A DNA stretch of 64,000 nucleotides from Sphingomonas sp. (GCF_040398505.1 NZ_JBBATX010000001.1:14363-78362), one strand, 5' to 3'. Numbered from the stretch's first letter, positions 1-10,198 are shown. Translations and numbers: made by a program. Notes: a model not told the origin generated them from the letters alone.

Positions 1-1184
1 AGCAGCCCAAGCGAGAGGATGAAGCCCGAAATACTGATCTGGTTGAGCGAATAGCCCAGCAGCGCCAGCAGCAGCACGCCCATGGCGAGGCTCAAGGGAA
101 TCGAAATCGCCACGATCAGCGACGGGCGGAAACCGAGCGGCAGGATCGTGACCAGCACGAGCGCCAGCGCAATCACGAAATCGCGCGCGAGCTGCGCCAA
201 TTTGCGCTGGATATCATTGCTCTGGTCGAAGCCGATGTCGAGCTTCACATCGGGCGGCAATTGCGCGCGAACCTTATCGATTGCCGCGACAAGATTGTTG
301 CGCAGCGTCCCCGCATCGGCCTCGTCCTTCTGCCGCACCGTGATGAACAGTGCGCGGTGGCCGTTGAAGCGCGCGATATGCGTCTGCTCGGCCTCGCTCC
401 ACTCCACGCTCGCAATGTCGCCGACGCGCACCAGCCGCCCGTCGCCCGCGCGCACCGGCACCGCACGGATCGCATCGACATCACGATACGCCCCGCCGGC
501 GTCGAGATTGTAGCGCCGCCCCGCCGCGTTCAACGTCCCCGCCGGCAAATCGACTCCGCCCTGCTGGATCGCATTGGCGACGGCGGAGGCGGGGATTCGC
601 GCCTCGGCCAGCCGTCCCGCATCGATCGCGACGCGCACTTCGGGGCTGGCCGCGCCGTCGATGCTGGTCGAGCGCACGCCGGGGACAACATTCAGCCGAT
701 CGCGAATGTCATCGGCGAACTTCGCCATCCGCCGCCAGCTCGCGCTGTCGCTAACCAAAGCGAGCTGCAACACCCCCGCCTCGGTCGTGCGTGGGCGGCG
801 GAAGGCGATCCGCTGGATGCCCTGCGGCAGCCGGTCGCGCACCGACCCGACTTCGCGCACCACGCGGTCGAGCGACTGTTCAGCATCGGTGCCATGTTCG
901 AAATTGACCGAGATGACCGCGGTGCCGTCGGTGCTGGTCGAACGGATCTCGTCGATCTTATCGAGCCCTTGCAGCACATCCTCGAGCGGCTTGGCGACCG
1001 TCTCCTCCATATCGGCGGCATCGGCACCGGGCAGGATCACCGTCACCACCACGGTCGGGATCGGGAAATGCGGATCGACCGAACGCGGGATCGTGAGGAA
1101 CGCCGATACGCCCAGCAAAGCGAGCAGCAGGAAGGCGACGAGCGTCACCTGCCAGCGCCGCACCGCAAAGGCGGTAATGTTCAT
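1..1184 (-). CDS. AcrB/AcrD/AcrF family RND efflux permease, N-terminal part (runs off the left window edge)
   Basis: Hand translation from ATG at 1184: MNITAFAVRRWQVTLVAFLLLALLGVSAFLTIPRSVDPHFPIP; later AISIPLSLA and LNQISISGFILSLGL, typical RND transmembrane motifs. ATGA overlap with the adaptor gene. Absent from the ORF track because the stop lies outside the window. Confidence 0.92.
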   Translation of the reverse strand, partial: MNITAFAVRRWQVTLVAFLLLALLGVSAFLTIPRSVDPHFPIPTVVVTVILPGADAADMEETVAKPLEDVLQGLDKIDEIRSTSTDGTAVISVNFEHGTDAEQSLDRVVREVGSVRDRLPQGIQRIAFRRPRTTEAGVLQLALVSDSASWRRMAKFADDIRDRLNVVPGVRSTSIDGAASPEVRVAIDAGRLAEARIPASAVANAIQQGGVDLPAGTLNAAGRRYNLDAGGAYRDVDAIRAVPVRAGDGRLVRVGDIASVEWSEAEQTHIARFNGHRALFITVRQKDEADAGTLRNNLVAAIDKVRAQLPPDVKLDIGFDQSNDIQRKLAQLARDFVIALALVLVTILPLGFRPSLIVAISIPLSLAMGVLLLALLGYSLNQISISGFILSLGL

Positions 1185-2221
1185 TGCGCGGGGCCGAGCG
1201 GCGCGATCTTCATGCCGTCGGTCAAGCGATCAACCCGCGACAGCGCGACCCATTCACCCGGTTTGATGCCGCTCGTCACGCGAATGCCCTCGTCATTCGC
1301 CTCACCGATGTGGATTTTGCGCAGATGCACGCGCGAGGCCGCGAGGTCGACGACATAGACCAAAGCCTCGCCCGCGCGTGGGCCGAACACCGCGCTCGGC
1401 GGTACGGCGAGCGCGGTCGCGCCGACACCGCTGGCGGTGATCGTCGCATTGCCGATCTGGCCCGAGCGCAGCCTTTTATCGTCGGGCAGCGCGATTTCGA
1501 CCGCGAAGGTACCCGTCGCCTTATCGGCGCGGCCGGCTATCTCGATCACGCGGCCGACGATCACATCATCGTTGAGCGCCGCCAGCGTGATGCGCGCAGG
1601 TGCGCCGAGCGTCAGGCGCGCGACATCGCGGTCGGACAAGGGCAAGCGCAGGATATAGCCGCTCGCTTCCTCGCCAATCACCAGGACCGGTGTCCCCGCC
1701 GCGACGACTTGCCCGGGCTCGGCGAGCCGTGCGAGCACGGTGCCGGGGCCGGGTGCGGCGATCGTGGCGTTCGCCCGCTGAAACCCCGCCGCGCGGACTT
1801 GCGCCTCGGCCGCGAGCAACGCCGCACGCGCGCTTTCGAGCCGCGGGCGCGTGATCCAGCCTTGCTTCATCAACCCGTCGCTACGCGCATATTCGGCGCG
1901 CGCCCGCTCACGCTCGGCGGTCGCGCGGGTCAGGTCGGCGGCGACCGTCGTGGTATCGAGCGCGGCGAGGATTTGTCCACGCCGGACGGTATCGCCTTCA
2001 TTGACGCCGAGCCGCTCGATCCGCCCCGCACTGGTGAAGCCGAGCGAGGTTTCGCGGCGCAGCGCAACGGTGCCAACCCCGCTGACCGTCGCCACGCCGG
2101 GCGTACCGCCGACTTGCGCGATGCGGACTTGCGGTGCGCTTGGTGCGGGGCCTTGCTCGGGTGCGGCCTTGCCGCACGCCGCCAGCAGCAGGCAGACACT
2201 GACGACGATTCGACCCCGCAT
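1181..2221 (-). CDS. RND efflux periplasmic adaptor (membrane fusion lipoprotein)
   Basis: Lipobox LLLAAC; lipoyl-like GRIERLGVNEGDTVRRGQILAALD; helical hairpin; coupled to the AcrB-like gene. Confidence 0.93.
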   Translation of the reverse strand: MRGRIVVSVCLLLAACGKAAPEQGPAPSAPQVRIAQVGGTPGVATVSGVGTVALRRETSLGFTSAGRIERLGVNEGDTVRRGQILAALDTTTVAADLTRATAERERARAEYARSDGLMKQGWITRPRLESARAALLAAEAQVRAAGFQRANATIAAPGPGTVLARLAEPGQVVAAGTPVLVIGEEASGYILRLPLSDRDVARLTLGAPARITLAALNDDVIVGRVIEIAGRADKATGTFAVEIALPDDKRLRSGQIGNATITASGVGATALAVPPSAVFGPRAGEALVYVVDLAASRVHLRKIHIGEANDEGIRVTSGIKPGEWVALSRVDRLTDGMKIAPLGPAQ

Positions 2222-2274
2222 TCCGCTCTCCCGTTACGGGAGCGATACGCGATTAGGTATCAAATGAAAACTGA

Positions 2275-3135
2275 TTAATTCTTGATCTTCCAGCCCGAGC
2301 GCAGCAGCGCGTAGCACAGCGTGGCGAGCGCCGCGTCGATCACCAGGATCACCACGCCACCGAGCAGCACCGGCGAATCGGCGGTGCCGAGAAAGCCGTA
2401 GCGAAAGCCCGAGATAATATAGAAAAACGGGTTGGCATGGCTGAACGCGCGGAAGGCAGGCGCGAGCTTGTCGACCGAATAGAAGGTGCCCGAGAGCAAG
2501 GTCAGCGGCGCGATCAGGAAGTTCTGGACGGCTGCGGCATGATCGAACTTCTCCGCCCAGATCGAGGTGAGCACCCCGATCAGCGCGAGGAACGCCGCTC
2601 CGAGCAAGCCGAACCACAGGATCGCGAAGGGATGCACCGGATAGAGATGCACGCCCGGCCATAGTGCCATTGCGAGGCACACCGCGCCCCCGACGCAGAC
2701 CGCGCGCGTCACCGCGCCACCGACCATCGCGACCAGCAATTCGGCGGTGGAGAGCGGCGGCATCAGATAATCGACGATCGTCCCCTGAATCTTGCCGACC
2801 AGCAGCGAGAAGCTCGCATTGGCGAACGCGTTCTGCAACATGCTCATCACGATCAGCCCGGGCGCGATGAAATCGGCGAAGGGAACGTTGACCCCGCCGA
2901 CATGAACCGGCTGTTTTCCGCCCGTTGCGACGGTAAAGATCACCAGGAAAAGCAGCGTGGTGATCGCCGGCGCCCACACCGTTTGCAGCTGGACCTTGAA
3001 GAACCGCCGAACCTCCTTGATATAGAGCGTTCGAAGACCGCCCCAATTGACGTTCCGGATCACCGGAACGCCGGGTGCGTTCATCATAGTGTGGATGCTG
3101 GTTGAATTTGGGCCGATTGGGGGCTGGCTGCTCAT
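2275..3135 (-). CDS. ABC-2 type transporter permease (YadH-like)
   Basis: LYIKEVRRFFKVQLQTVWAP, FIAPGLIVMSM, LSGTFYSV, NPFFYIISGFRYGFLG. Start set at ATG 3135; the upstream part of the track ORF is the antisense shadow of gcrA. Confidence 0.92.
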   Translation of the reverse strand: MSSQPPIGPNSTSIHTMMNAPGVPVIRNVNWGGLRTLYIKEVRRFFKVQLQTVWAPAITTLLFLVIFTVATGGKQPVHVGGVNVPFADFIAPGLIVMSMLQNAFANASFSLLVGKIQGTIVDYLMPPLSTAELLVAMVGGAVTRAVCVGGAVCLAMALWPGVHLYPVHPFAILWFGLLGAAFLALIGVLTSIWAEKFDHAAAVQNFLIAPLTLLSGTFYSVDKLAPAFRAFSHANPFFYIISGFRYGFLGTADSPVLLGGVVILVIDAALATLCYALLRSGWKIKN

Positions 3136-3210
3136 GGCATCGTCGCTAAAGACTGCCGCCGCCGCCTGCAACCGATAGAATCGGTCGGCACGATACGATT
3201 GGGAATGTGA

Positions 3211-3936
3211 ATGAGCTGGACCGACGAACGCATCGATACGCTGCGCCGCATGTGGGAAGCGGGGCAGACCGCGAGCCAGATTGCCGAGGAACTGGGTGGC
3301 GTCAGCCGCAATGCCGTGATCGGCAAGGCGCATCGCCTGGGGCTGCAGTCGCGCCCGTCGCCGGTCAAGCCGAACGAACCCGCCGCAGCCAAGGCAGTAG
3401 CAGCAGCGCCGCCCGCGACTAGGCCCGTCGCGCCCGTCGCGGCCGCGCCGGTCGTCGTGCCGCCACGCCCGCCAGTCGAGCGCGTCGCGCCCCCGGTCGT
3501 TGCGGCACCGCCAGTTGCGGAGCTGGAAAACGAAGTCGAGGATGACGCCGAGGTCGAGGTCGAGGCCGACGCCCCCGTCGCCCCCCCCCGCCCTGCCCCG
3601 CCGATCCTGCGCTCGGTCGGCCCCGGCGGTTTCCTGCGCCAGGCACCGGGCGAGCAACAGGCACCGATCACCCCGGCCCCGCCACGCCGCCTCGTCCCCG
3701 CCAAGCCATCCGCCGACATGGCGGGCAAGACGACGCTGCTCGATCTCAACGACAAGATTTGCAAATGGCCGATCGGCCATCCCGGCGAGCCCGATTTCCA
3801 CTTTTGCGGCGACAAGGTGAACCCCGGCTTCCCCTATTGCGTCGGGCATTGCGGCCATGCGTATCAGGCGCAGCTGCCACGCCGCGACCGTCGTCCGCCG
3901 CCGCCGCTCCCCTTTGGCGGCCCGCGCGCGCGCTGA
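3211..3936 (+). CDS. gcrA: GcrA cell cycle regulator
   Basis: MSWTDERIDTLRRMW..GQTASQIA..LGGVSRNAVIGKAHRLGL N-terminus and CKWPIGHP..FHFCG..YCVGH C-terminus. Confidence 0.97.
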   Translation: MSWTDERIDTLRRMWEAGQTASQIAEELGGVSRNAVIGKAHRLGLQSRPSPVKPNEPAAAKAVAAAPPATRPVAPVAAAPVVVPPRPPVERVAPPVVAAPPVAELENEVEDDAEVEVEADAPVAPPRPAPPILRSVGPGGFLRQAPGEQQAPITPAPPRRLVPAKPSADMAGKTTLLDLNDKICKWPIGHPGEPDFHFCGDKVNPGFPYCVGHCGHAYQAQLPRRDRRPPPPLPFGGPRAR

Positions 3937-3972
3937 TTTCGCACCTGAAGTGTGCCAGGTGGAAGCATGTTT

Positions 3973-4064
3973 ACCGTTCGTGCTGAGCCTGTCGAAGCAC
4001 CGCATGCAACACGCGAGCAAACTGCGTGAGGCACTGGCCCTTCGACAGGCTCAGGGCGAACGGT
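3973..4064. repeat. Palindromic intergenic repeat, family A (CCGTTCG..CTGAGC.TGTCGAAG / CTTCGACA.GCTCAG..CGAACGG)
   Basis: Inverted arms accgttcgtgctgagcctgtcgaag and cttcgacaggctcagggcgaacggt; related copies at 15031, 15821 and 23693. Confidence 0.9.
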
Positions 4065-4098
4065 GGGTTGGATCAGCGCAGCATGAACGCCCGTTAGT

Positions 4099-4743
4099 GT
4101 GATGCGCCGCATCGCCCTCGCTTTGGTGTGCGGGGCGCTGCTCGGCGCCGCCCCCGCGCCCGAGCCGCCGATCGTCCGCGTCCGGCTGGTCACGGGCGCG
4201 GGGCCGATCGTGCTGGCGCTCGACATGCGGCGCGCGCCCAAAACCGGCGCCAATTTCCTCGCTTATGTCGATGACGGCCGGCTCGACGGCACCTTCTTCT
4301 ACCGCGCATCGCGCCGCAAAACCGCGCCGGGCAGCGGCTTCGTGCAAGGCGGGATCGGTACCGATTCGCACCGCATGCTCGATCGTCTGCCGCTCGAGCC
4401 GACCAATGTGACGGGCATCAAGCATCTCGACGCGACCGTTTCGATGGCGCGCTACGACCGCACCGATTCGGCCACGGGCAATTTTTCGATCATGCTCGGC
4501 CCCAACCCGTCGCTCGATGCGCGGCCCGGCTTTCCAGGCTATGCCGCGTTCGCGCACGTGATTGCCGGGATGGATGTGGTGAAGCGGATGCTCGCCGTAC
4601 CGACGCGGCCGGGCGGCGATGGCGCGTTCAAGGGACAGATGATGGCCCGCCCGGTCCCGATTCTCCGCGCGATCCGGCTCGACGGCGTGGCCAAGCCGAG
4701 CGGACGGCTGAAAGTCTGGCTGATGCTGCGCGGCGTGCGCTGA
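4099..4743 (+). CDS. Cyclophilin-type peptidyl-prolyl isomerase, secreted
   Basis: Signal peptide; APKTGANFLAYVD, GTFFYRA, FVQGG, VSMAR, YAAFAHVIAGMDVV. Confidence 0.9.
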   Translation: MMRRIALALVCGALLGAAPAPEPPIVRVRLVTGAGPIVLALDMRRAPKTGANFLAYVDDGRLDGTFFYRASRRKTAPGSGFVQGGIGTDSHRMLDRLPLEPTNVTGIKHLDATVSMARYDRTDSATGNFSIMLGPNPSLDARPGFPGYAAFAHVIAGMDVVKRMLAVPTRPGGDGAFKGQMMARPVPILRAIRLDGVAKPSGRLKVWLMLRGVR

Positions 4744-4805
4744 CCAACCGCCACAGTGCGGCGATACGCTTGGCAGAAGCGCGGCCCCGCCCCTATAGCG
4801 GTGGC

Positions 4806-6785
4806 ATGTCCGAAGATCTGTTCGCTGCTACCCCCAAACCGACCGGCGATTACGACGCCTCCTCGATCGAAGTGCTCGAGGGGCTGGAACCGGTCCGCCG
4901 CCGCCCCGGCATGTATATCGGCGGCACCGATGAGCGCGCCTATCATCACCTCGCCGCCGAAGTGCTCGACAATGCGATGGACGAAGCGGTCGCGGGCCAT
5001 GCGACGCGGATCGAGATCGAGCTGCACGCCGGCAACCGGCTGGTGATCGTCGACAATGGCCGCGGTATGCCGGTCGATCCGCACCCGAAATTTCCCGACA
5101 AGTCCGCGCTCGAAGTGATCATGTCGATGCTGCATTCGGGCGGCAAGTTCGACGGCAAGGCCTATGCGACCAGCGGCGGCCTGCACGGCGTGGGGGTCAG
5201 CGTCGTCAATGCGCTGTCGTCCGACACGATCATCGAGGTCGCGCGCAACCGCGAACTGTACCGTCAGCGCTTTTCGCGCGGTGCGACGCTCGGCGGCCTT
5301 GAACATGTCGGCGCGGCCCCCAACCGGCGCGGCACGTCGGTCAGCTTCGTGCCCGATACCGAGATTTTCGGGTCAGACATGGGCTTCAAGCCCGCTCGCC
5401 TCTACAAGCTCGCGCGGTCCAAGGCGTATCTGTTCGCCGGCGTCGAGATCCGCTGGAAATGCGCGCCCGAGATCATCACCGACGACACCCCCCCCGAAGC
5501 GGTGTTCCAATTTCCCGGTGGCCTCGCCGACCATTTGCGCGAACAAATCGGCGCGCGCGAATGCGCGACCTCCGATTTTTTCGTCACGCGCCAGGATTTC
5601 CCCGCCGAAGCGGGCCGCGTCGAATGCGCCGTCGCCTGGCCGCTGTGGAGCGACGGGTCGTATAGCTGGTATTGCAACACCATCCCGACCCCCGACGGCG
5701 GCACGCACGAGGCAGGTTTGCGCACCGCATTGGTGAAAGGGATCCGCGCATTCGGCGACCTGGTCGGCAACAAAAAAGCCAAGGATATCGCCGCCGAGGA
5801 CATCATGACCGGCAGCGAGCTGATGCTCAGCGTCTTCATCCGCGAGCCGCAATTCCAGAGCCAGACCAAGGACCGGCTGACCTCGCCTGAGGCCGCGACC
5901 TTGGTTGAAAAGGCCGTGCGCGACCATTTCGACCATTTCCTCAGCGACAATATGGAACGCGGCAAGGCGTTGCTCAGCTATGTCCTCGAACGGATGGACG
6001 AACGCCTCGCGCGCAAGGCCGAGCGCGAGGTCAAGCGCAAGACCGCGACCAGCGCGCGCAAGCTGCGCCTGCCGGGCAAGCTGACCGATTGTTCCTCGGC
6101 CGGACCCGAGGGCACCGAAATCTTCATCGTCGAGGGCGATTCGGCCGGCGGTTCGGCCAAGCAGGCGCGCGACCGTAAGACGCAAGCGATCCTGCCGATC
6201 CGCGGCAAGATCCTCAACGTCGCCTCGGCCACGATGGCCAAAATCTCCGCCAATTCGGAGATTGCCGATTTGATCCAGGCGCTTGGCTGCGGCACGCGCA
6301 AGGATTGCCGGTCGGAAAATCTGCGCTACCAGCGCGTCGTCATCATGACCGACGCCGATGTCGACGGCGCGCACATCGCGACGCTGCTGATGACCTTCTT
6401 CTTCCAGGAAATGCCCGAGATCGTGCGCGCCGGGCATGTCTATCTCGCGCAGCCGCCACTCTACCGCCTGACCTCGGGCACCAAGAGCCTGTATGCAATG
6501 GACGACGCGCATCGCGCGCTGCTCGAAGCGACCGAGTTCAAGGGCAAGAAGGTCGAAATCGGCCGCTTCAAGGGGCTGGGCGAGATGAACCCGATGCAGC
6601 TGCGCGAGACGACGATGGACCCGAAAAGCCGCGCGATGCTGCGCATCACGCTGCCGCAGGAATATGAGGAACGCGCGGTCGTGAAGGATCTGGTCGACCG
6701 GCTGATGGGGACGAACCCGGCGCACCGTTTTGCCTTCATTCAGGAAAACGCAGCCAGGATGGACGAAGCAGCGATCGACGCTTAG
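4806..6785 (+). CDS. parE: DNA topoisomerase IV subunit B
   Basis: EVLEGLEPVRRRPGMYIG, GGLHGVGVSVVNALS, Toprim VEGDSAGGSAK, MTDADVDGAHI, RFKGLGEMNP. No GyrB insertion (659 aa). Confidence 0.96.
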   Translation: MSEDLFAATPKPTGDYDASSIEVLEGLEPVRRRPGMYIGGTDERAYHHLAAEVLDNAMDEAVAGHATRIEIELHAGNRLVIVDNGRGMPVDPHPKFPDKSALEVIMSMLHSGGKFDGKAYATSGGLHGVGVSVVNALSSDTIIEVARNRELYRQRFSRGATLGGLEHVGAAPNRRGTSVSFVPDTEIFGSDMGFKPARLYKLARSKAYLFAGVEIRWKCAPEIITDDTPPEAVFQFPGGLADHLREQIGARECATSDFFVTRQDFPAEAGRVECAVAWPLWSDGSYSWYCNTIPTPDGGTHEAGLRTALVKGIRAFGDLVGNKKAKDIAAEDIMTGSELMLSVFIREPQFQSQTKDRLTSPEAATLVEKAVRDHFDHFLSDNMERGKALLSYVLERMDERLARKAEREVKRKTATSARKLRLPGKLTDCSSAGPEGTEIFIVEGDSAGGSAKQARDRKTQAILPIRGKILNVASATMAKISANSEIADLIQALGCGTRKDCRSENLRYQRVVIMTDADVDGAHIATLLMTFFFQEMPEIVRAGHVYLAQPPLYRLTSGTKSLYAMDDAHRALLEATEFKGKKVEIGRFKGLGEMNPMQLRETTMDPKSRAMLRITLPQEYEERAVVKDLVDRLMGTNPAHRFAFIQENAARMDEAAIDA

Positions 6786-6822
6786 CGTTCGGCGCGGCAG
6801 TGCTGAACGGGGGAGGCGAAAA

Positions 6823-8034
6823 ATGGTTCGATTAAAGGCATTTGCTCTTTCCGCAGCGCTCGCGACCACGCCCGCGGTCGCACAACAGAAAACGCCCGAT
6901 GCCCCCACATCCGGCCCCGACATCGTCGTCACCGGCATGTCGCTCAAGGATGCCAAGGCGGCGCTCGCGACGTGCATCGCGCAGCATTGCCCGCCCGACA
7001 AGGATGTGGACGCGACGCTGGCGGTGGCTGAAACACAATTCGTGGCGGGCAAGTATAAGAACGCGCGCGATACGATGCTGAAGTCGATCGGCCGCAACAA
7101 GCGCTTCGCGAGCGCGTATCCAGTGCCGGTATCCGATCTGTTGCGCGCGAATTCCCGCGTGGCGGCGCATCTTGGCGAGCAGGATGCGTACTTCAGCGGT
7201 GCGCTCGACGTGCTCAGCGCGCTGAAGGCGGGGCTTCCGGCGGACGATCAGCGCGTGCTCGGCGCGCAGGTCGAATTGGGCGACGCCTATGCCAAGACCG
7301 GTCGCCTGGACGCGGCGGTGGAGATGTACCGCAAAATCGCGCGTCGCGCGCGCGACCTTCATTTGCCCGGCATTCAGGGCTACGCCCTACTGCGCGTGGT
7401 TGCGGTCTATGCCGCGAGTTCGCAACTCCGGGACGACGGCAATTACACGGCGGCGATCAGGGCGGCCAATGCGCTTATCGCCGACCCAGACCCGGCCATG
7501 GCGCCCTTTAGCAAGGCGGCGCGCGTGCTCAAGCTGAAGCTCGACATCCGCCGCGGCGGTGATCCTGCCGCGGTCGATCGCCTGGTCGCAGAATATCGCG
7601 CGGGTACGGGAACCACCCCGATCTTGCTCTACGCGCCCAAAGTCGAATTCGCCCAACGTGCGATCCAATCCGATCAAGGCGGCGAAACCTTGAATCGTAT
7701 GCTGCTCGACGCGGTCGATGATCAATGGGTCGATATCAGCTTCGAAGTGCAGCCCGATGGCAAGGTTGGCGACGTGGAGGTCCTCCGCAAAAGTGACAAG
7801 CTCTCGGGTGATTGGATCAAGCCGATCCTCACTGCGATCAGCGGTCGGCGTTACGCCCCGCCCGCCGCGAACAGCGCCTCGGCGTTGCGGGTCGAGCGCT
7901 ACACCTTCACGGCGCCGTGGACGACGGTAACCGGCACCCGGCTGCGCGTCCGTGCGCCGGTGCCGCAAGTCGAGTCGATCGATCTTTCGCGCGACCCCGC
8001 GCCCCCGCCACCCGCCACCAGCACGCCCTCCTGA
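6823..8034 (+). CDS. Secreted protein with helical TPR-like region and TonB C-terminal-like domain
   Basis: GGAGG RBS, signal peptide, DIVVTG, TPR-like ELGDAYAKTGRLDAAVEMY, C-terminal WVDISFEVQPDGKVGDVEV. Confidence 0.7.
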   Translation: MVRLKAFALSAALATTPAVAQQKTPDAPTSGPDIVVTGMSLKDAKAALATCIAQHCPPDKDVDATLAVAETQFVAGKYKNARDTMLKSIGRNKRFASAYPVPVSDLLRANSRVAAHLGEQDAYFSGALDVLSALKAGLPADDQRVLGAQVELGDAYAKTGRLDAAVEMYRKIARRARDLHLPGIQGYALLRVVAVYAASSQLRDDGNYTAAIRAANALIADPDPAMAPFSKAARVLKLKLDIRRGGDPAAVDRLVAEYRAGTGTTPILLYAPKVEFAQRAIQSDQGGETLNRMLLDAVDDQWVDISFEVQPDGKVGDVEVLRKSDKLSGDWIKPILTAISGRRYAPPAANSASALRVERYTFTAPWTTVTGTRLRVRAPVPQVESIDLSRDPAPPPPATSTPS

Positions 8035-8325
8035 TCACCCCCGCATCCGCGCCTGATGATATTTGGCGCGAATCACGATCCCGGCGAACAAATGCAGCGC
8101 CGCAACGCCAAGCAAAAATAGCGGCAGGATCATCGGCAGTTGCGGCCAATAGCGCGCGCGCGCACCCGCCAGCACCGCCGCGCCGATGGCGAGCGCGAGG
8201 CCCAGATAGCGGATCGGCCGCGCCACCATCTTCAATTCGCGCGCATAGGCCGCCCGCTGGACCGGATCATTGAGATCGGGCGGGGGCGCCTTGGCGGTCG
8301 GTTCGCCAGTCGATTTAGGGGTCAT
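8035..8325 (-). CDS. Small two-TM membrane protein
   Basis: ATGA overlap with the GNAT stop; two hydrophobic segments. Confidence 0.7.
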   Translation of the reverse strand: MTPKSTGEPTAKAPPPDLNDPVQRAAYARELKMVARPIRYLGLALAIGAAVLAGARARYWPQLPMILPLFLLGVAALHLFAGIVIRAKYHQARMRG

Positions 8326-8849
8326 CGGTCGGTCCATTCGTCGGCGAGCAAGCCCCACAACAGCGTGTCGCGCACGCCGATATGCGTCTCCCATTCGGCG
8401 CGCAACCGGCCCTCAAGTGTAAAGCCGAGGCGCTTCAGCAGCGTGTTCGAGGGCGCATTGTCGGGATCGGTATCGGCAAAGACGCGGCGATAGCCCTCCT
8501 CGCGAAACAGCAGATCGAGCAAGCGCGTAACGCCTTCGCGCGCATAGCCGTGCCGCGCGGCGCTGGGTACGAGCATATAGCCAATCTCGCTGACGCCCGC
8601 GCGCCGCTCCCCCGCCCATAGCGTGCCGATCGCCCGATCGCTGCCCTTGAGCATCATCGCCCAACCGCGCTGACCGGGTTGATCGGTTCGCGCGGCGAGA
8701 TAGGCGCGCGTTTCCGCGACGTCGCCGTGCGCCGCGCTGCTCCACCACCGCATCGTCGCTTCGTCGCCAAACGCCTCGTACAGCGCCTCGGCATCATCGA
8801 CTCGCTGCGCGCGCATCGTCAGCCGCGCGCTTTCGAACGGCACGGTCAT
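8322..8849 (-). CDS. GNAT N-acetyltransferase (RimJ/RimL family)
   Basis: ESARLTMR, EIGY, HGYAREG, NAPSNTLLKRLGFTLEG; ATGA-coupled to the LysR gene. Confidence 0.9.
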   Translation of the reverse strand: MTVPFESARLTMRAQRVDDAEALYEAFGDEATMRWWSSAAHGDVAETRAYLAARTDQPGQRGWAMMLKGSDRAIGTLWAGERRAGVSEIGYMLVPSAARHGYAREGVTRLLDLLFREEGYRRVFADTDPDNAPSNTLLKRLGFTLEGRLRAEWETHIGVRDTLLWGLLADEWTDR

Positions 8850-9637
8850 GCCGTCAGCGCGGCGACCAGCGCCTTGACCTTCTTCTGCCGCCATTGCGGC
8901 AGGGGCGCGACCAGCCAATAGCCGAGCCGGTACGGCTTGGCCTCGCCGATCGAGACCAGGCGGCCCGACGCGATATCGCTGGCGGCGAGCAGTTCGGGCA
9001 CGGTCGCCCGCCCCAGCCCTTCGGCGGCGGCATCGAGCGCGAGCCCGGCATCACCCACCCGCACCAGCGATACGGCTTCGTCGTTGAGACATCCCGGCCA
9101 CGAAATGCGTGTATCGGCCCCGCCGCCCGGGCGCTGGACGGTGATCATCCCGGCCGATTCGATCGCTTCGCCCTCATGCTCGCCCGGCCCGTCACCCCAG
9201 CGGATCGCGAGGTCGAGATTGGCCTCGGTAAAATCGATCGTATCGTCGGCGGAAATGAGCACGAAGCGGAGCTCGCCATCGCCGCGCGCAATTTCGGCCA
9301 AGCGCGGCATCAGCCATTTCTCGGTCAAATCGCGCGGTGCGGCGATCGTCAGCGACTTGCTCGTCTGACCCGCCTGCATCGCACGCACCGCTTCTTCGAA
9401 TTGCCAAAACCCCTGGCGCAGCGCGGCAAGGCCGCTTTCCCCTTCCGGCGTCAGTTCGAGCCCTTTGGTGGTGCGGCGAAACAGCACGACGCCGAGCGTA
9501 TCCTCGAGCGCGCGAATCTGCTGCCCCACCGCCGCAGGGGTGACGGCGAGTTCATCGGCCGCGCGGGTGAAGCTCAAATGCCGCGCGGCAGCATCGAGCA
9601 CGCGCATGCCGTTGAGGGGGAGATGCGTGCGTTTCAC
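8846..9637 (-). CDS. LysR family regulator (GcvA-like)
   Basis: LPLNGMRVLDAAARHLSFTRAADELAVTPAAVGQQIRALE helix-turn-helix; GTG start overlapping the apaG stop. Confidence 0.93.
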   Translation of the reverse strand: MKRTHLPLNGMRVLDAAARHLSFTRAADELAVTPAAVGQQIRALEDTLGVVLFRRTTKGLELTPEGESGLAALRQGFWQFEEAVRAMQAGQTSKSLTIAAPRDLTEKWLMPRLAEIARGDGELRFVLISADDTIDFTEANLDLAIRWGDGPGEHEGEAIESAGMITVQRPGGGADTRISWPGCLNDEAVSLVRVGDAGLALDAAAEGLGRATVPELLAASDIASGRLVSIGEAKPYRLGYWLVAPLPQWRQKKVKALVAALTA

Positions 9638-10032
9638 ACCCCCACCGCCGGCGCGAGCAGCGCAAAGCGCGGAATGGCGACGTCGAAACCCGACCCGTCC
9701 TCGCCCATCATGTGATAGCTGCCGAGCATCGCGCCGCTCGGCGTCGACAGCGGGCAGCCCGAGACGTAATCGAAGCTGGCGCCCGGCGCGATCAGCGGTT
9801 GTTCGCCAATCACGCCTTCACCCTCGACCGAATGCCGCGCGCCGCGCCCATCGGTGATGATCCAGTGCCGCGTGAGCAATTGCACCGCCATCGCGCCGGC
9901 ATTCTCGATCCGGATATGATAGGCCCAGAACCACCGCCCGCGCTCGGGCTCGGACTGTTCGGGCAGGAAGCTGACCGCGACGCGCACAATCACCCCGCGC
10001 GTTTCCGTCGCATAGGGGAACAGCGCCTTCAT
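9634..10032 (-). CDS. apaG: ApaG protein
   Basis: WAYHIRIEN, VQLLTRHWIITD, VEGEGVIGEQP, YVSGCPLSTPSGAM. Confidence 0.95.
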   Translation of the reverse strand: MKALFPYATETRGVIVRVAVSFLPEQSEPERGRWFWAYHIRIENAGAMAVQLLTRHWIITDGRGARHSVEGEGVIGEQPLIAPGASFDYVSGCPLSTPSGAMLGSYHMMGEDGSGFDVAIPRFALLAPAVGV

Positions 10033-10064
10033 GACGTCGCTCACAAAGCCATCCCGAAAAGCTC

Positions 10065-10172
10065 CGCTTCCCCGGCGCAGGCCGGGGCCCAGTCGCGAAG
10101 GTCGTAGCATCTGAGCGCGATGCCCGTCCTCCGACGCGCCGCAACTGGACCCCGGCCTGCGCCGGGGAGGCG
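10065..10172. repeat. Palindromic intergenic repeat, family B (two inverted stem-loop units)
   Basis: cgcttccccggcgcaggccggggcccagt ... actggaccccggcctgcgccggggaggcg. Confidence 0.88.
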
Positions 10173-10198
10173 CACGCATCGACCGGGGTTCGGTACCC

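Noticed and set aside
3136-4020. Long N-terminal extensions in track ORFs (ABC permease, GT2, BI-1, scpB, entericidin, phyT, GH130)
   Set aside because: They overlap neighbouring genes or repeats; true starts were reassigned from RBS, promoter and family N-termini.
5373-7100. 575-aa minus-strand ORF (and similar long ORFs at 16793, 47763, 49219, 52400)
   Set aside because: Each lies opposite a well-supported gene and has no family motifs.
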